Virus record (IMG/VR): IMGVR_UViG_2936390555_000003
Coordinates: 1 to 64,000 of that record
DNA: 64,000 nucleotides
Strand: one strand, 5' to 3'
From: a virus
Taxonomy: Duplodnaviria; Heunggongvirae; Uroviricota; Caudoviricetes
Shown here: positions 45,001 to 58,100 of the stretch, piece by piece
How positions within the stretch are numbered: the stretch's first letter is position 1
How the letters are laid out: every line of letters begins with the position of its first letter
Made by a program: the position numbers and the translations under genes
Notes under the pieces: model-generated
Told to the model about the DNA's origin: nothing
Database searches by the model: none
The model's input: the letters and a program-made list of their open reading frames with translations, nothing else

Positions 45001-48000
45001 CGTAAGGAACCTCCAGAGTGCAGCGATGCAAGGCGGATGGCAACCGAGCGCCGAGGATTTGGCATGGCTGGCAAATGAGCGCAATGCACTTGAACGGAAA
45101 AACGAAGCGGTCAAGCTGAACAGTACCAGACCTGGGACAAACCTTATTGACGAGTATATTCGCTTGAGAGAACAGGAGTCTAAAAGATTCTCTGAATAGC
45201 TCCGCAATCAGATGAACGAGCGTGTTAAGCAGGAAAACAAGATTACTGATGAGGAACTTGCTGCAACCAAAAGACAGCTTCGTAGAAATCTCAAGGAATG
45301 GCAAAAGAATAATACTGCAATTGCGAAGGCAAAAGAAGAAGCTCGTAAGAGAGAGTTAGCCAAGGAAGCTCAGGCTGCCAAAGAGCAGAAGGAATACAGC
45401 GACCGCACGGCAAAACTTCTTGTTCAGGAAAGATTCGCTCAAACAAAGGAACAGGAAAAGGCAGAGGAAAAAGCTCGCAAGCGTAGATTAGCTCAGGAAG
45501 CTCAGGCTACCAAAGAGCAGAAGGAGTACAGTGACCGCACGGCAAAGCTTATGACCCAGGAAACCAATAGGCTCCAGGCATTGAAGGATAAACTTGCAAA
45601 GCTTCAGAATGACATTACCATCTCCCAGCTTTCCGGCAAGAAGATTGCCATGGATTCCTGGCTGAGGAAGAGTGACAGGGAGGCCGAGCTTATCAATAGC
45701 ATCATGTCCATGGGTGGCACGGCAAGCGCGAAGTACAATGGCATCGCAGGATTCAAGGAATACGTTAAGCCTTGGAACCAGCAGGATAAACTCAAGACTG
45801 ACAATAAGGAATTGAAGGAAGCCCTTAAAACATACGAGCGTATCGAAGCCATCCTTGTACGCATCAGGAAAACAGGAATTATCCCTGATAATATCGACAA
45901 GTTGAAGCAGAAAGAATTGGAAGCAAGGTCAATCATTCAGAAGAGCTTTGGCGGAGCACTTGGTTCTCCTGCACAGCAAGCTGCCTTCAATGCAAATTAT
46001 CCGCAGGTATTGACACAGCAGAATATCGATGCTGCAAAGTCCGGCGCTGAGATAAGCAAGAGGCTCAAGGGTGAAATGCGGAGTGCCATGAGCGAGTTCA
46101 AGAGCCTCATAAAAGAGGTAAGGCGCGATGCGATAAATGGCACTGGTCGCTCTGAATACTACTTGGCAAACCGCAGTAGCAGGATTGCTGAGATACTCCA
46201 GGGAGTTGATAAGAATACCAGGAACGCTCTTTTGATGAGGTATGAGAATGATATTCATAGGGCATACGCAAACCCTGCTGACATTAACGCCAAGGCAATA
46301 GCCGAGGTAGAAAAGAGACTTGCAGAGCGTTGGCAGAAGTTTGATATGCTTGACAACGTCACTCCAAAGGCATATACAAATATGTATCAGTATCTCGTGA
46401 GAGCCGTAGAAAAAATTGGCTCCATGGGCGGCATGTACGATGGTCGCGTGCTGACCAAGACTCCGGAGGAGTACAAGGCAAGCTATGTGAGACCTTCGAC
46501 TGGTATAGATGAAGCTGCACGGAAGCAGCAGAATTTAAATGCTATTCAGGAAAGATACAACGCTGAACTTGAGAAGCAGAATGCCCTGATGACCTACGGC
46601 ACACTTCTTTCCCAGAAGCAGATTGATACTGCAATCAGGAAACTCGAAGCATTGCGCAAGAAATACGAGGAACTGGGCGGTGAGCGTAGCAAGCTTCAGC
46701 TGTCTGACATTGAAGCTGCTGGAACTACTGCTCGCGATGTGAACTCTGCAATCGTTGACCGCAATGTGAAAGCATGGAGCACGGATAATGTGGCAACCGT
46801 GTCCCAGGGCTTATCGCATCTCAGCGGAATGCAACAGGCCCAGTACAATGCATGGCTCCAGGACCCAAGCAAGAATAACCTGAAGAACCTTACGCTTACC
46901 ACAGCAGAGATGAGGAAGCTTAACAGGGAGGCCCAGCGTTATCAGCGTGTTGTCAACGACACCAATAAGACGATGGAAAGCCTTAATAATAAGATTCACA
47001 ATCATCTTTCCTGGATGACAAGCGGACTGTTCATTGGAACTATCTTTGCTATTCCTGCTGAGGTAATGAATCAGTGGAAAGAACTGGAGTATAGCCTCGC
47101 TGGTATCAGGCAGGTTATCACGGAAATCGAAAAGAACGAGGGAGGCAATGCGTTTAAAGAAGCATTTGATCTTATGGAGATTGCCAAAAAGAACGGCGTT
47201 GGCGTTGAGGAGACCATGGATGCAGCCAAGTCTATCGGTCGTATGTATGGCAAGAACCCTATCGACTCAAACGGTGTCGAAGAAAAGGGCGTTGGTATTC
47301 GCAATACAAACCTGATTACTTCACAGGCAGCGAAGATGGCAGTAGCCGATGCCTTCGATATGGAGAATGCATTCAAGGGATTGGAGGCAGCATTATCCCA
47401 GTGGAACTTGCAGACAGAGGACACAAACCAGCTTCTCATCAATACCAATCGTATACTGGAAGCATGGACTATCACAGCTCATGCCGGTGCTGCATCGGCT
47501 CAGGACATTGGGCAGGCAATTGAAATTGCTGGTACTGCCGCTGCAAATGCAGGCGTGTCATTCGAGTTCTTCAATGCCCTTGTTGCTACAGGTGTACGGC
47601 AGACTGCACGAAGCGGTAATGAAATCGGTCAGGCAATCAAGTCCATGATGGTTTCCATGCAGTCAAATAAATCCCTGAAAGCCTTGAAGGAATGGGGAAT
47701 AGAGTTGTATAATGTAAGCGAGGATGGCACGAAATCCATGCGCTCCATGGAGGACATTATTCTCGATGTATCCCTGCTCATGAACAATACGGCAAAAGAT
47801 ACCAGAGGACTGCTGACTACGCTGTCTGGTGGTAAATACCAGTATTCAAAAGTATCAGCAATGCTGGGCAATTATAAAGAATTGCTCCGCATGATGAAAC
47901 TCATTAACAACCCTAATGATAATCTCATGGAAGGCAAGCCTGGCTTATTCATCGACCAGCAGGTTGAAGTGCAGATGGACACCTTACAGAGAAAAATCAA

Positions 48001-51000
48001 TTCCATCAAAGCGGATGCACAAAACATCATATTTGACATTGGTGTAAACGCAGGTGGCTTGGATGCCCTCAAGTGGCTCGCTGACAAGATAGATGACATC
48101 ATTGTAGGTACACAGAAAATAGGGGATAAATGGGGAGAGACCGGTACTAAGATAGCTGGGGTAACAGTAGCAGTCTTGGCTTTCTATAAGGCTGTTGAAA
48201 AAATATAGGTAGCCATGAAGACATACGAGATGTACAAGGCTGCCTACAATGCTACTGGCAACACGTAGTTTTTCCAGTCACTTCTTGACAATAGAAAGAA
48301 GGAAATAGAGCTCAAGGCTTCTCAGAAAGTGGCGAGTGCCATGAGCGACAATGCTATTGTAGGTGGGAGAGCCGCTAGTACCGAAGCTAATACAATAGCA
48401 ACCAATGCTAATACAGCTGCGAGAACTGCTAATACCGCAAGCAATACTGCGAACACGGCAGCTACAGCGGAAAATACCGTGGCCAGCGCAGCGAATACAG
48501 CTAGGAGGGCAGCGAACACAGCTGCTACCGAAGCTAATACTGTAGCAACAGTTGCTAATGTCACGGCTCAAAGGTCTGCCGCTGGTGCAGCAACGGGAGC
48601 AGCCACTTCAATGGGTGTAATGGCTACCGCTGGCATGACTGCTCGTGCTGGCCTTGCTGCCCTGGGCGGCCCGCTTGGTGTTGCAATTACAGCTTTGACA
48701 ATCCTTATTCCTCTTGGAATAGAATATGCATCAACTCTGGGCGAAGAAGCAAACGCTGCAAAGAAAGCTGCGGATGCACTTGCCGAGAAGAATAATGCAG
48801 TAGACCAGGAAATTTCCAAGGCTAACCAGCGTGAGCACGCAGCTATAAGCCTGGCAAACGCTTACAATAATCTAAGTGTGCAGATAGCTAATGGCACCCT
48901 GCGCACCGAGGAGGCTCAGAAGGCCGAAGCAGAAATGGCTGACCTCAAGCATACGCTGATTGGTATAGTTGGTCAGGAAGCAGTGGCAATAGACGAAAAC
49001 GGCAGGATTAACATTGACACCATCAAGCGAATGAGTAAAGCTGAGAAACAGGCAGCTATTGATAAGCTCAGGGCTGACCGTGATAAGCTTGAGTCAGAAA
49101 AGGCTGAGACTCAGAATACTATTGAGCTGACAAAACAGCGCATTGAAGCTATCAAATCTGAGATTGAAGCCATGAGGGAGCGTGCTGGTGCCAGCAGTAC
49201 ATGGGATAAGATAGCTGCCTCCGTATACCGTGGAGCAGCTTGGTTTGCACATGCTACAGGTCAGACCACGGACGAAGAGTATGAAACCAATTTGGAAAAA
49301 GCAAACCTCCGTGAACAGGGCGTTCCCGCCGAAAAACTCGCTGAACTTGATATGGCAACCAAAAGGGTATCTGAGTTACAAGGTAATCTTGATAAGCTTA
49401 ACCCAAACATTGATACTCTGAATAATGCAATAGGAAACCTTACATCCCTTGCAGAAGAGGGAAGTCAGACGTACAACCATGGCGAAATAGAAGAGCCGGA
49501 GGAAAAAGCCTCCGCTGGTAAATCCGCTGGCTCAGACTCTCGCCAGAACAACATGCAGGACCCTCGCATCCTTGCGCATGTCAGTCGTATTGATGAAATC
49601 GCAAGCAATACCAGCAACCAGGTATCTCTGCTTAATGACATTAAGTCCCAGCAGGGTAACTCCAAGGAGCTTTCCATACAGACCTTCGATACATACCAGA
49701 GGGGCATCGACGAGCTCAAGGCTGAACGCCAGAGGCTCAACGATTACCTGTATACCAAGAACGTAAATGCGTTCAATGGTCAGTTCTCTGTAACCATTAG
49801 CGATACCGCTGCATCCGATGCGGTGGTCGAGGCTGCCATGCCGTATCTTGAGAAGACCATGGAAAATGGTACCGAGGGCTGTGTCGAGGCTGTTACCAAG
49901 ATTGGCGAAAAAACCAGCAGCTTCCTTGCGCAAGAACTCAAGAACGGTGTAGTCCGTGTGCCTGTTCTTGTATCCGATGCTGAGAACGCTGGCATACCTG
50001 TAGTTCCTTACGATGCCAATAATGTAGGTGCCGGGGATGTTATCGTGTACGACAATAATGACCATGTGGTTATGGCTGATGGCAAGGGAGGGTATGTAGG
50101 CAATAGCTCCGGACTGAATCGTGTTGTACATAGACCTGACTACACAGCTATGGGCGGTCAGGTTCCTACCCAGATTATCAAGACTGGCACCATTGCTGGC
50201 GAAAGAAAAGTCCAGTGGAGCGACAGTCTTGCCAATTATGCAATTGATAATGATGGAACCATGCTTGATGCTGGTACCTGGGATAAGGCAGGGCTCTCTG
50301 GGCAAATTAAACTCATTGAGCAGGCATTGCAGGTCAAGGGCCAGGAGAATAACGAGTTCCTCATGCAGTTCTCCAAGGTGCTACTTGTCGACCTCAAGGC
50401 TCTCAATGATGCCGATGCTAAAACCAGAAGCCTTATTACCCAACAGGCTAATCAGTGGTTCACCGACATGAACGCTGAGGTATCACAGGCAGGAACCACG
50501 GCATCCCAGAAGGGGAACCGTGAGCTGTTCATGCTTGGCTCAGGAGCTACCGAATATGACAAGGCTCGCATCGAGCTCCAGAAGAACACGGCTGAACTCA
50601 GTGCTATGAGTGAAATCGTGGAACGTAAGCAGACACAGGATCTGAAGAATACCGTTGCTGGCAAAGCGTTCCTTGACAGCTACCTGCAGAAGCAGATGAC
50701 TCAGCGCGACCTCCAGTTTAAAACCGTTGTGGCCATGTATAACGATGCAAAAGCAACCACTGACCATAATGTCAAGATGCGTGATTATGGGAACAATAAT
50801 ACCGATGACCGCATGGGTGTCAAGCGAGCCACGGATACCCTGGCAGATGCGATGGTACAGGTTGAGCTTCAGCGGAAACAGTTGGAGCTTGCGAGAGATA
50901 CGGACGAAAAGAATTACCAGGAAATCCGCAAGATGGAAGAGTCTTACAAGGATGCCCTGGAAGCACTTCGTACCGCACAGAGACAGTACAACCAGCAGGT

Positions 51001-52204
51001 GCTCGATGGATTCGAGCAGATAGCCGAGGACTTCATGTTCAACGGCAAGTCCTTCAGGGATATTATTGATAATCTCTGGCAGGACCTGGGCAAGGATGCA
51101 TTGAGGGCATTGTTCGGGCAGGATATTAGCGGTAATCATTCCTTCCTTGCAACCCTGCTTGGTATTGGAAAGCCTGATGAGGAAATGGCGAAGGCACAGG
51201 CACAGGAGGAGCTCAAGAATGTTCCGCTTATCAATAACACCAGTGCTACTGACAGGAACACCTTGGCAGTAAACCAGCTTACTCAGGCTATGCTTGGTCA
51301 GGCACTTACCCCGTTGGCTACTTCCAAGTATACGTTTGATGCTACACGAAATGCGTATGAATCCGCGAGACCATTCAGCTTGCAGGAGAACGCATGGAAC
51401 AATGCGGTAGCAACGACAGGCTTTGGCTCACAGCCTACCTACGATTTCGAGGCTGACATGAAGCAGTGGAAGCAGAGCAACGATTACCTGAACCGCACGA
51501 TGGCACAGTCGAATCGCTTGAACGCCACCGGGAACACCGAACAGAAGAAGAGCAATGATGCTCTTGGCAAGAACACCAATGCTAATCTTCAGGTGGCAAC
51601 CGGGCTCATGGGCATCGGCAATGCCTTTGCAAACGGTGACTGGCTGGGCGGTCTCCTTGGCATAGCTCAGGTGGGCATGGGCTTCGGTTGGTTCAAGGCT
51701 GACGGTGGCAAGTTTGCTGACGGTGGTGCACCAGCTGGCAAGGTCACCGGTGCTGGCACTGGTCGCAGTGATAGCATCCTTGCTTATCTTGCCAACAAGA
51801 ACAAGTTCGTATGGCTGTCCAATGGCGAATATGTCATCAACGAGAAATCAGCGAAGGCACTTGGATACGATACTCTCGATGCCCTCAATGGATATGCCAC
51901 TGGAGGCAGTCTGGATTCATCGCCTGTCAATCCAACACCGTACATTCCTACGATTAATCCGCAGGTAGCCAAGAAGGCTACAAGGATTTCCGGGAACAGT
52001 GCCACGGAAGCCCTGCTGAGAAAGCAGAATAAATACATGGCCGAGCAGAACTCCATGCTCAGGAACATGGGCGAGTCCGGGAACGGTCAGGTGGTTGTAC
52101 TGAATACCCAGGCATCCAGTGCAGATGTTATGAAAGCACTTCAGGAAAATCCTAGAGCTGTTCAGGCTATCCTTGGTCGACAGCAGAGAATGGGCTTTAG
52201 ATAA
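42062..52204 (+). CDS. tail tape measure protein, single ~3,380-codon reading frame with 7 in-frame TAG (42131, 42524, 42632, 44348, 45197, 48206, 48266)
   Basis: RBS GGAGGGATGTAAT before ATG 42062. ORF-track pieces 42284.., 42668.., 44360.., 45212.., 48329.. are all in one frame, separated only by TAG, with no RBS or credible starts. TMP features: coiled-coil repeats, ...LSWMTSGLFIGTIFAIPAEVMNQW...AGIRQV, hydrophobic GGPLGVAITALTILIPLGI, low-complexity ANTA repeats. Ends TAA 52202-52204. Confidence 0.7.
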
Positions 52205-52343
52205 GGTTTTCAGAGTATATAATGTCGCTCTAGGTATAAACTATAGGGCGACATGATTATACCCTGAAAAATGGGGCATAATGGGTACTTTTGGGTACCC
52301 AGAATTGATTGTAGATGGTATAATGATACCGAGGTGATAGCGA

Positions 52344-52732
52344 TGGAACCAAACGATATTAAAATGATCAATGCCATGGTGGAGGCACTCAAAGATCAGG
52401 TCGATGCATTTATGTTTAAACACAATCACGAATCGTTATTTGAAGATGAAGACGATAAGACCGATGCTGATTTCTTGAGGCACATGAATCAACCGCCGAC
52501 AGGGGGTGGCAAGAAAAAGAAGAAGCCCCAAGAAGTCCATTCAGACCGATATTATTCCCGTGAGCCTGATGTGGTGGGCATAGGTGACAGTATTACCTTC
52601 ATGAAGGATGGGCTCGTGCGCACCAAGGTTCTTGATGAAGACGAGAACTATCCAAGCTATCTCAAGAAGCTCCTCGGACACAGGCTGAACGAAGTTGTCG
52701 ATGGAATGAAAATAATTTCTATAGAAAAATAA
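52344..52732 (+). CDS. hypothetical protein (129 aa) with a GDSIT-like motif
   Basis: RBS CCGAGGTGATAGCG before ATG 52344. Contains VVGIGDSITFM (SGNH block-I-like) but is too short for a complete hydrolase. Confidence 0.45.
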
Positions 52733-52742
52733 TGAAATTCCC

Positions 52743-52771
52743 TTGAAGCCGTACATAGCGTATGGTATAAT
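52743..52771 (+). promoter_or_regulatory. sigma70-like promoter with extended -10: -35 TTGAAG (52743-48), 17-nt spacer, TGgTATAAT (52763-71)
   Basis: Near-consensus elements. About 40 nt upstream of structured element copy 2. Confidence 0.45.
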
Positions 52772-52812
52772 ATACTCGAAGGTCGAATGGAATATTTTTG
52801 AGCTTCAAATGT

Positions 52813-53090
52813 ATTATATGTAGAACCCCTTTTTTCTCTTTCTTTGCTAAAGGAGATAGGGTGTAGCGTGGTCAAAGAGGACACCATGGCAACATGGTAG
52901 CATCGCATAAGGATGTGACTCCTGCGTGCTCACTGGATGGCAACGTTAATTCCTAATCTCGCCCATGAAGTACAGTGCAGCTTATGCTGTGAGATAGTAG
53001 TGGGAACCTGGCTTACCTTTCTCTAAAAAAGAGAAAGAAAGTAACGCCAGGGGAGAACTCTGCCCATGAGGGGGTTTGGGGGAGTAACCA
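52813..53090 (+). ncRNA. candidate structured RNA / late-operon leader element, copy 2
   Basis: See copy 1. Exact 48-nt core at 52958-53005. Covarying closing helix 52831-52847 / 53018-53041. GGGGG-N-GGGGG motif at 53071-53083. Confidence 0.4.
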
Positions 53091-53520
53091 TGGATTTCAA
53101 TGATAAACACAGTTGTCCTAAGATACTACATAGTATCCTTGGTATATCATAGTTATACATAGTATATCAGTATATCATGGATTACATGTATACCATAGGA
53201 TAACATAGTTCTCCTTGGAACTCTATATCGTTTATACATAGAAATTCAAGGTATTCTATAGAGTTCTATAGATATTCATGTATACCATGGATAAATATAT
53301 ATTCTATAGAATAAACCTTCCTTCGGAAGGTTAATCCACTGACGTGGATTGACGTATAACAAGGCAAGGTATCTTGCATGGTATTCACTTAGATATTCCA
53401 TGGAATACTAAGTACCATAGAATCCATGTACCATAGATACCATAGTTATACATAGATACCATAGTATAACATATATATCATAGTAATCAACAAGACAAGT
53501 GATACCCTCGCTTGTCTTAT
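53091..53520. repeat. A+T-rich array of short CATAG/CTATG-type palindromic repeats (second copy of the array type at 29021-29500)
   Basis: More than 20 CATAG motifs. Palindromes TTCTATAGA, TTCCATGGAA. Embedded perfect hairpin AACCTTCC-TTCG-GAAGGTT (about 53310-53328). Confidence 0.6.
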
Positions 53521-53536
53521 TTTATTGGAGGAAAAT

Positions 53537-53965
53537 ATGCAGTACGAAGAATACATAGGCTTGCCATACAAGTTCAATGGCTCAGATGAGAATGGCGTGG
53601 ACTGCCTTGGGCTCGTAAAGATGTTCTATCGTAAGCATGGTTGGATTGATATTGACGATGGCTTACCGATAGACAAGGACACATGGATGAAATAGGCTCC
53701 CCGGCGCATCATGCGCTTCTTTGGCAAGCACTTTGACAAGACAAGGGAGCCGAAGGACATGCGACCGTCAGCAGTATGCATCATGCTCATCAATGGAGAA
53801 ATCCATTTTGGCATCTATCTTGGCTATGGTCGCATGTTATAGACACAGCTCACGACTGAGGGCTATGAGGACAGTTATACCACGATATACAGAAGGGACT
53901 TCTGGGAACCGTGGTTCAAGATTGCATTCAATAGAAGGGAGTGTGATTCTCATGGTACAGACTAA
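53537..53965 (+). CDS. NlpC/P60 (C40) peptidoglycan hydrolase; 2 in-frame TAG (53693, 53840)
   Basis: RBS TTGGAGGAAAAT. Cys motif GSDENGVDCLGLVKMFY, His motif EIHFGIYLGYGRML-TAG-TH. The frame continues through both TAGs to TAA 53963-53965. Confidence 0.55.
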
Positions 53966-54035
53966 GAAACGCCGTGGTGGCTGCAAGTGATTCGGGGGAG
54001 CTTCCATGCTCCCTCAGTAAGGAGGCATGAAAAAT

Positions 54036-54395
54036 ATGGAAACACTAAAGTTAATCCCAAGAGGTGATGTGACCAAGGCATACGACTATGGGAACAATGT
54101 TGTATAGTTTGAGAATGGCTTGCAACAGGTTCAGAGGAAATATGTGACTCCTCGCCTTACCTTGTCCATCCACGTCGAGGGTGACAAAGATATGAAGGAA
54201 TACCTGGAGGAATTCATCAATGCCAGGCATGGCAACTATGAAGCTTTCTATTGGACATACGAAGGGCACACCGATGTTTACCGTTTTGGCGAGAGTTCCA
54301 TACAGTTCACGGAAATACGTGGCTACGAGGGCGAGGGGACTGTGGGCTACAAGGCTGACATAAGCCTCCAGAGATGCAAGGAGCGTGAGTATTAA
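54036..54395 (+). CDS. hypothetical tail protein (119 aa); 1 in-frame TAG (54105-54107)
   Basis: RBS AGTAAGGAGGCATGAAAAAT before ATG 54036. In frame with ORF 54120..54395. Confidence 0.5.
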
Positions 54396-55189
54396 TGGTA
54401 CAGCTACCGGTATGCATGAATGAAATGAAGGACAAGGGCAATACCTTTTTTATTGAATTGTATACAATTGCACTTCGCACTGGTACAATTCATCTCGCTG
54501 CTTGCGATGAGGACATCGTATTCGATGGAGTGCGTTATATCGCAGTTCCTATCCAGCGAGAGTCCGTGACACGCTCCATGGACAACATTACAGACAGCTG
54601 CCAGCTCACGATAAGCGATGTTGACTATTAGCTCCTCGCTTATGTGGTGAATGGCTTTGACTTCCGCGGTGCCATGGCTACCGTGGTACGCATACAGTAT
54701 CCTGAGAGCCTCAATGACCCGAAGATATATGAATGGATATACGCTGGGACAATTGACGAGCCATCATTTGCCGAGGGAACCTTCAGCTGTAAATTGCAGA
54801 CCGTGTTCCCACAGGTGCAGTGTCCTAACCGTGGATACCAATTGGCTTGCAATAGCGAGTTCGGTGATGCCGAGTGTGGTTACAGACCAGCAACTGTGTC
54901 CGCTGTGGTCACGGGTGTCAATGGAAACATATTGTATGTGAACATGAATTTCAATAGCAACTATTGGAAGAACGGAGTAATCACGATTGCGGGGGAGTCC
55001 AGGATAATCGAAACGAATGCAGGGAACTCCCTTTAGATAAACGTGAATTTTCTTCAGGATAACATTGTAGGCAAGGTTGCAACGCTAAAACAGGGATGCG
55101 ATAAATCCCATGAGCGTTGCGCATATTATGGGAACACCATTCATTACGGTGGCTTCCCTGCGATACCGTTTGAATCAGTATGGAGGTGA
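54395..55189 (+). CDS. tail protein with C-terminal Cys/His cluster (distal-tail/gpL-like, tentative); 2 in-frame TAG (54629, 55034)
   Basis: ORFs 54395..54631 and 54644..55036, plus the downstream segment to TGA 55187-55189, share one frame. C-terminus CDKSHERCAYYGNTIHYGGFPAIP. Confidence 0.45.
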
Positions 55190-55193
55190 TTGG

Positions 55194-58100
55194 ATGCAAG
55201 GATATAACGTATTAAGCGATGAGAAGCATCGTGAAGTAATGTTTAACTTTGACCTCCAGTTGTTCGGCGGTGGAGGCGGAGGCAAGGGCGGAGGAAAACT
55301 CTTTGGTGTACTTGCTTTCGCTGCACTTGGATGGTTTTGCCCGGCAGCATTTGGGTTTGCTGCGTAGGCTCACTTTGGCGCAGCAGTCATGGGCGCAGCA
55401 TTGTTTTCCAGCGTATGGACTGCAACCCATCGCCAGGACAGCTATAACTATGACGGCGCATCTGACATACAGAGGTTCGAGCGTTCCCAGGAAACCATGA
55501 CCTCCGACGGAGACCTGCCTGTTGTCTACGGTCGCCGACAGATTTCAGGCAACCAGACATATCACAAGACCAATTCTGATTCTACGACCTTATGGAAGCA
55601 CGTTGTATTGTGCGAGGGTGGAATTGAGGGTATCGAGTCCGTGACAGCAAATGACCTGCTGATACCTACGGGCTCCCAGACTGGCAACACTGTATTCACC
55701 ATTCAGAACGTGAAGTACCCTGATGCGTGGGTAAAAAAGGAAGGGCATACGCTTACCCTGTATGCTAATGGAAATACCAAGTAGATTTACCTGTGCACCA
55801 AGGACGACTTGCAGAATCCAAATGCAAGTTTTTGGGAATATCAGGTATCTATGGGCTCGCTGATTTCCTATATCAACCGCATGGGCGAAGGCTGGCAAGC
55901 GTTTCCTATATAGAGTACCAATAAATATCCTGGGGAATTATGGGATGCATGGGGAGAGCAGGATGGTTAGTATGGATATGCGTGGTGGTTTTGGGTAGGG
56001 CCCAACGGCATACAAGTTAACAATGACCCAATCCTAAATGGTTTAAACTACCAACAGATTATGACGCTGATGAAGCTGGGGACTGGGCACACAATGGAAG
56101 CAAATGGCTGGATATATCGTTGTGTTGGCCAGGAGATAATAAAGGTCCTTACAGGGTATAAGAAAGGCTATGCTTATGTAAATGGTAAATATCAACGAGT
56201 AGATATTCCTATATACAAAGACAGGCTTGTAAATAAAATCTATCGCTATCACAAAGGTGGAGCTAGTTGTTACAGAAGTCCTGCAAACTTCCAATGCTCC
56301 ACGGTAACAGGCGGCACATCGTATACATTCCATGACTGCACGCCTCCGTAGAATTACAACGAGGTCGGTGGCTATCCTAATATGGCATGGCTGGACATGA
56401 CCTTCACGATTTCAAATGAGCTGAATGGTAATCCAAGCGTATCCTGCCTGGTCAAGGGGCGCAAGGTATACGACATAAGAACAGGCATAACCGCGTACTC
56501 CACGAATCCTGCATTGTGCCTCCGTGATTTCCTGTTGTCCAAGCGGTATGGCTTAGGCAAATGGTTCACTGCGGACATGCTCGACACGGACTCATGGATA
56601 GAAGCAGCGGACTACTGTGACGAGCAGATAACATTCCTTGATGGACAGGGAGCCAAGGTCACAGCAAAGCGTTATGAGCTGAACATGGTTATCGACAGCA
56701 AGCGCACGGGACTGGAATGGGTACAGGAGATTCTTGCGAACTTCTGTGGCTACCTCGTATACAGCGGTGGCAAGCTGAAGCTCAAGATTGAAAAGCAGAC
56801 ACCTGTATCATATAAGTTTACCGACGATAACTGCTTTGACCTGAAGATTTCACCGCTTGCTCTGTCGGAGACACCGAACCGCTATGAGGTGACGATAATT
56901 GACCCGTTGAATAACTGGGCAGCAGTGAAATGTATATGTGATGACTACGCAGACCAGAAGGAAAGACAGCGGATAGTAACGAAAGCTGTGAGCCTCGAAG
57001 GCGTAACATCGCAAAACCAGGCATTACGTTTGGCAAGGTTCTATCGTGATTATAACCTTGTGTGCCCTATTCAGCTATCGTTCACTACAGGCATGCAGGG
57101 AATGCATCTGGAACCGGGCGATGTCGTAACTGTATCATACCATGGTGTGTTCAAGGATATGCCGATACGCATCAATGAGATAAAGGAAACAAACAAGGGC
57201 ACTTTTGAGATAAGTGGTAGGCAGTACAACGATACGATTTATGGAGACATCCTGGGCGGTGGCATCCACTGGTATAACTATAGCACCATGCAGACACCGT
57301 TGGTCGGTGAAATCCCGGAGGTAATCAATCTGCAAGCGGTAGATGATACCTATGTACTAAAAGATGGGACGAAGAATTCCACCATAAAGCTCACATGGGA
57401 AAAGCCATCTGGTTACCAGTTTACCAGCAGTTATACGATAGATTATTCACTGGACGATGGAGCAACATGGATAGCAGCTGGAAGCACGAGGGAAACCAAT
57501 TTCTCTTTCCCTGCTCGCATGTACTGGACACATCTCATCAGGGTTCGCGTTGAGAATACCGTGGGACGATTGTCAGCCGGTGAGAAAACATCTGTGTATG
57601 TAAGCGGAAAGAACAATCCTCCATAGGATGTAGTGAATCTCAAGGCAGAACTTTTGAATCAGAGCATCCATCTTACCTGGGATGCCAACGCTGATCCTGA
57701 CCTTAAAGGGTACAACGTGTACATGGGGATTAACGGATGCGAGAAATCCAGTTGTGAGCTTGTAGCCAAGGCACATTCATCGAATACCATTATTATTCCG
57801 ATTGAGTCCGCGGAGGACTACATATTCTACGTTGAAGCTGTGGACACTGCCGGGAATATATCTGAGCATGCAGCGTATGTAAATGTTCACCTGGATCCAC
57901 TACCTGCGGTTACAGGGTTTTACGCTGTAAAGAATGGCGATAACATAAATTTCTATTGGGACAAGGCTGGCGATTGCAACTATGAAATCCGCTGGGGAAA
58001 TTCATGGAAGACAGGGCAGCTTGTGGCTAAAGTGAATTCAAATGTGTATACGCATTTCTTTCCGCTGATAGGCACGTATTCATTTTTCATCAAGGCATAT

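Noticed and set aside
49532-51139. Minus-strand ORFs 49532..50305 (257 aa) and 50540..51139 (199 aa) inside the tape-measure gene
   Set aside because: They are embedded antisense in a continuous 10-kb + strand frame and have no RBS. The tape-measure frame has a clear RBS/start and typical features.
42284-52204. ORF-track interpretation of the tape-measure region as five to seven separate genes
   Set aside because: The pieces are in one frame and separated only by TAG codons (not TAA/TGA). They lack RBS and start codons. They sit downstream of a phage-encoded amber suppressor. A single read-through ORF is more parsimonious.
52344-52732. Truncated SGNH/GDSL hydrolase disrupted by insertion of the structured-element/repeat cassette
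   Set aside because: Only a single GDSIT-like block is present. No continuation of an SGNH frame is seen after the cassette. Insufficient evidence.
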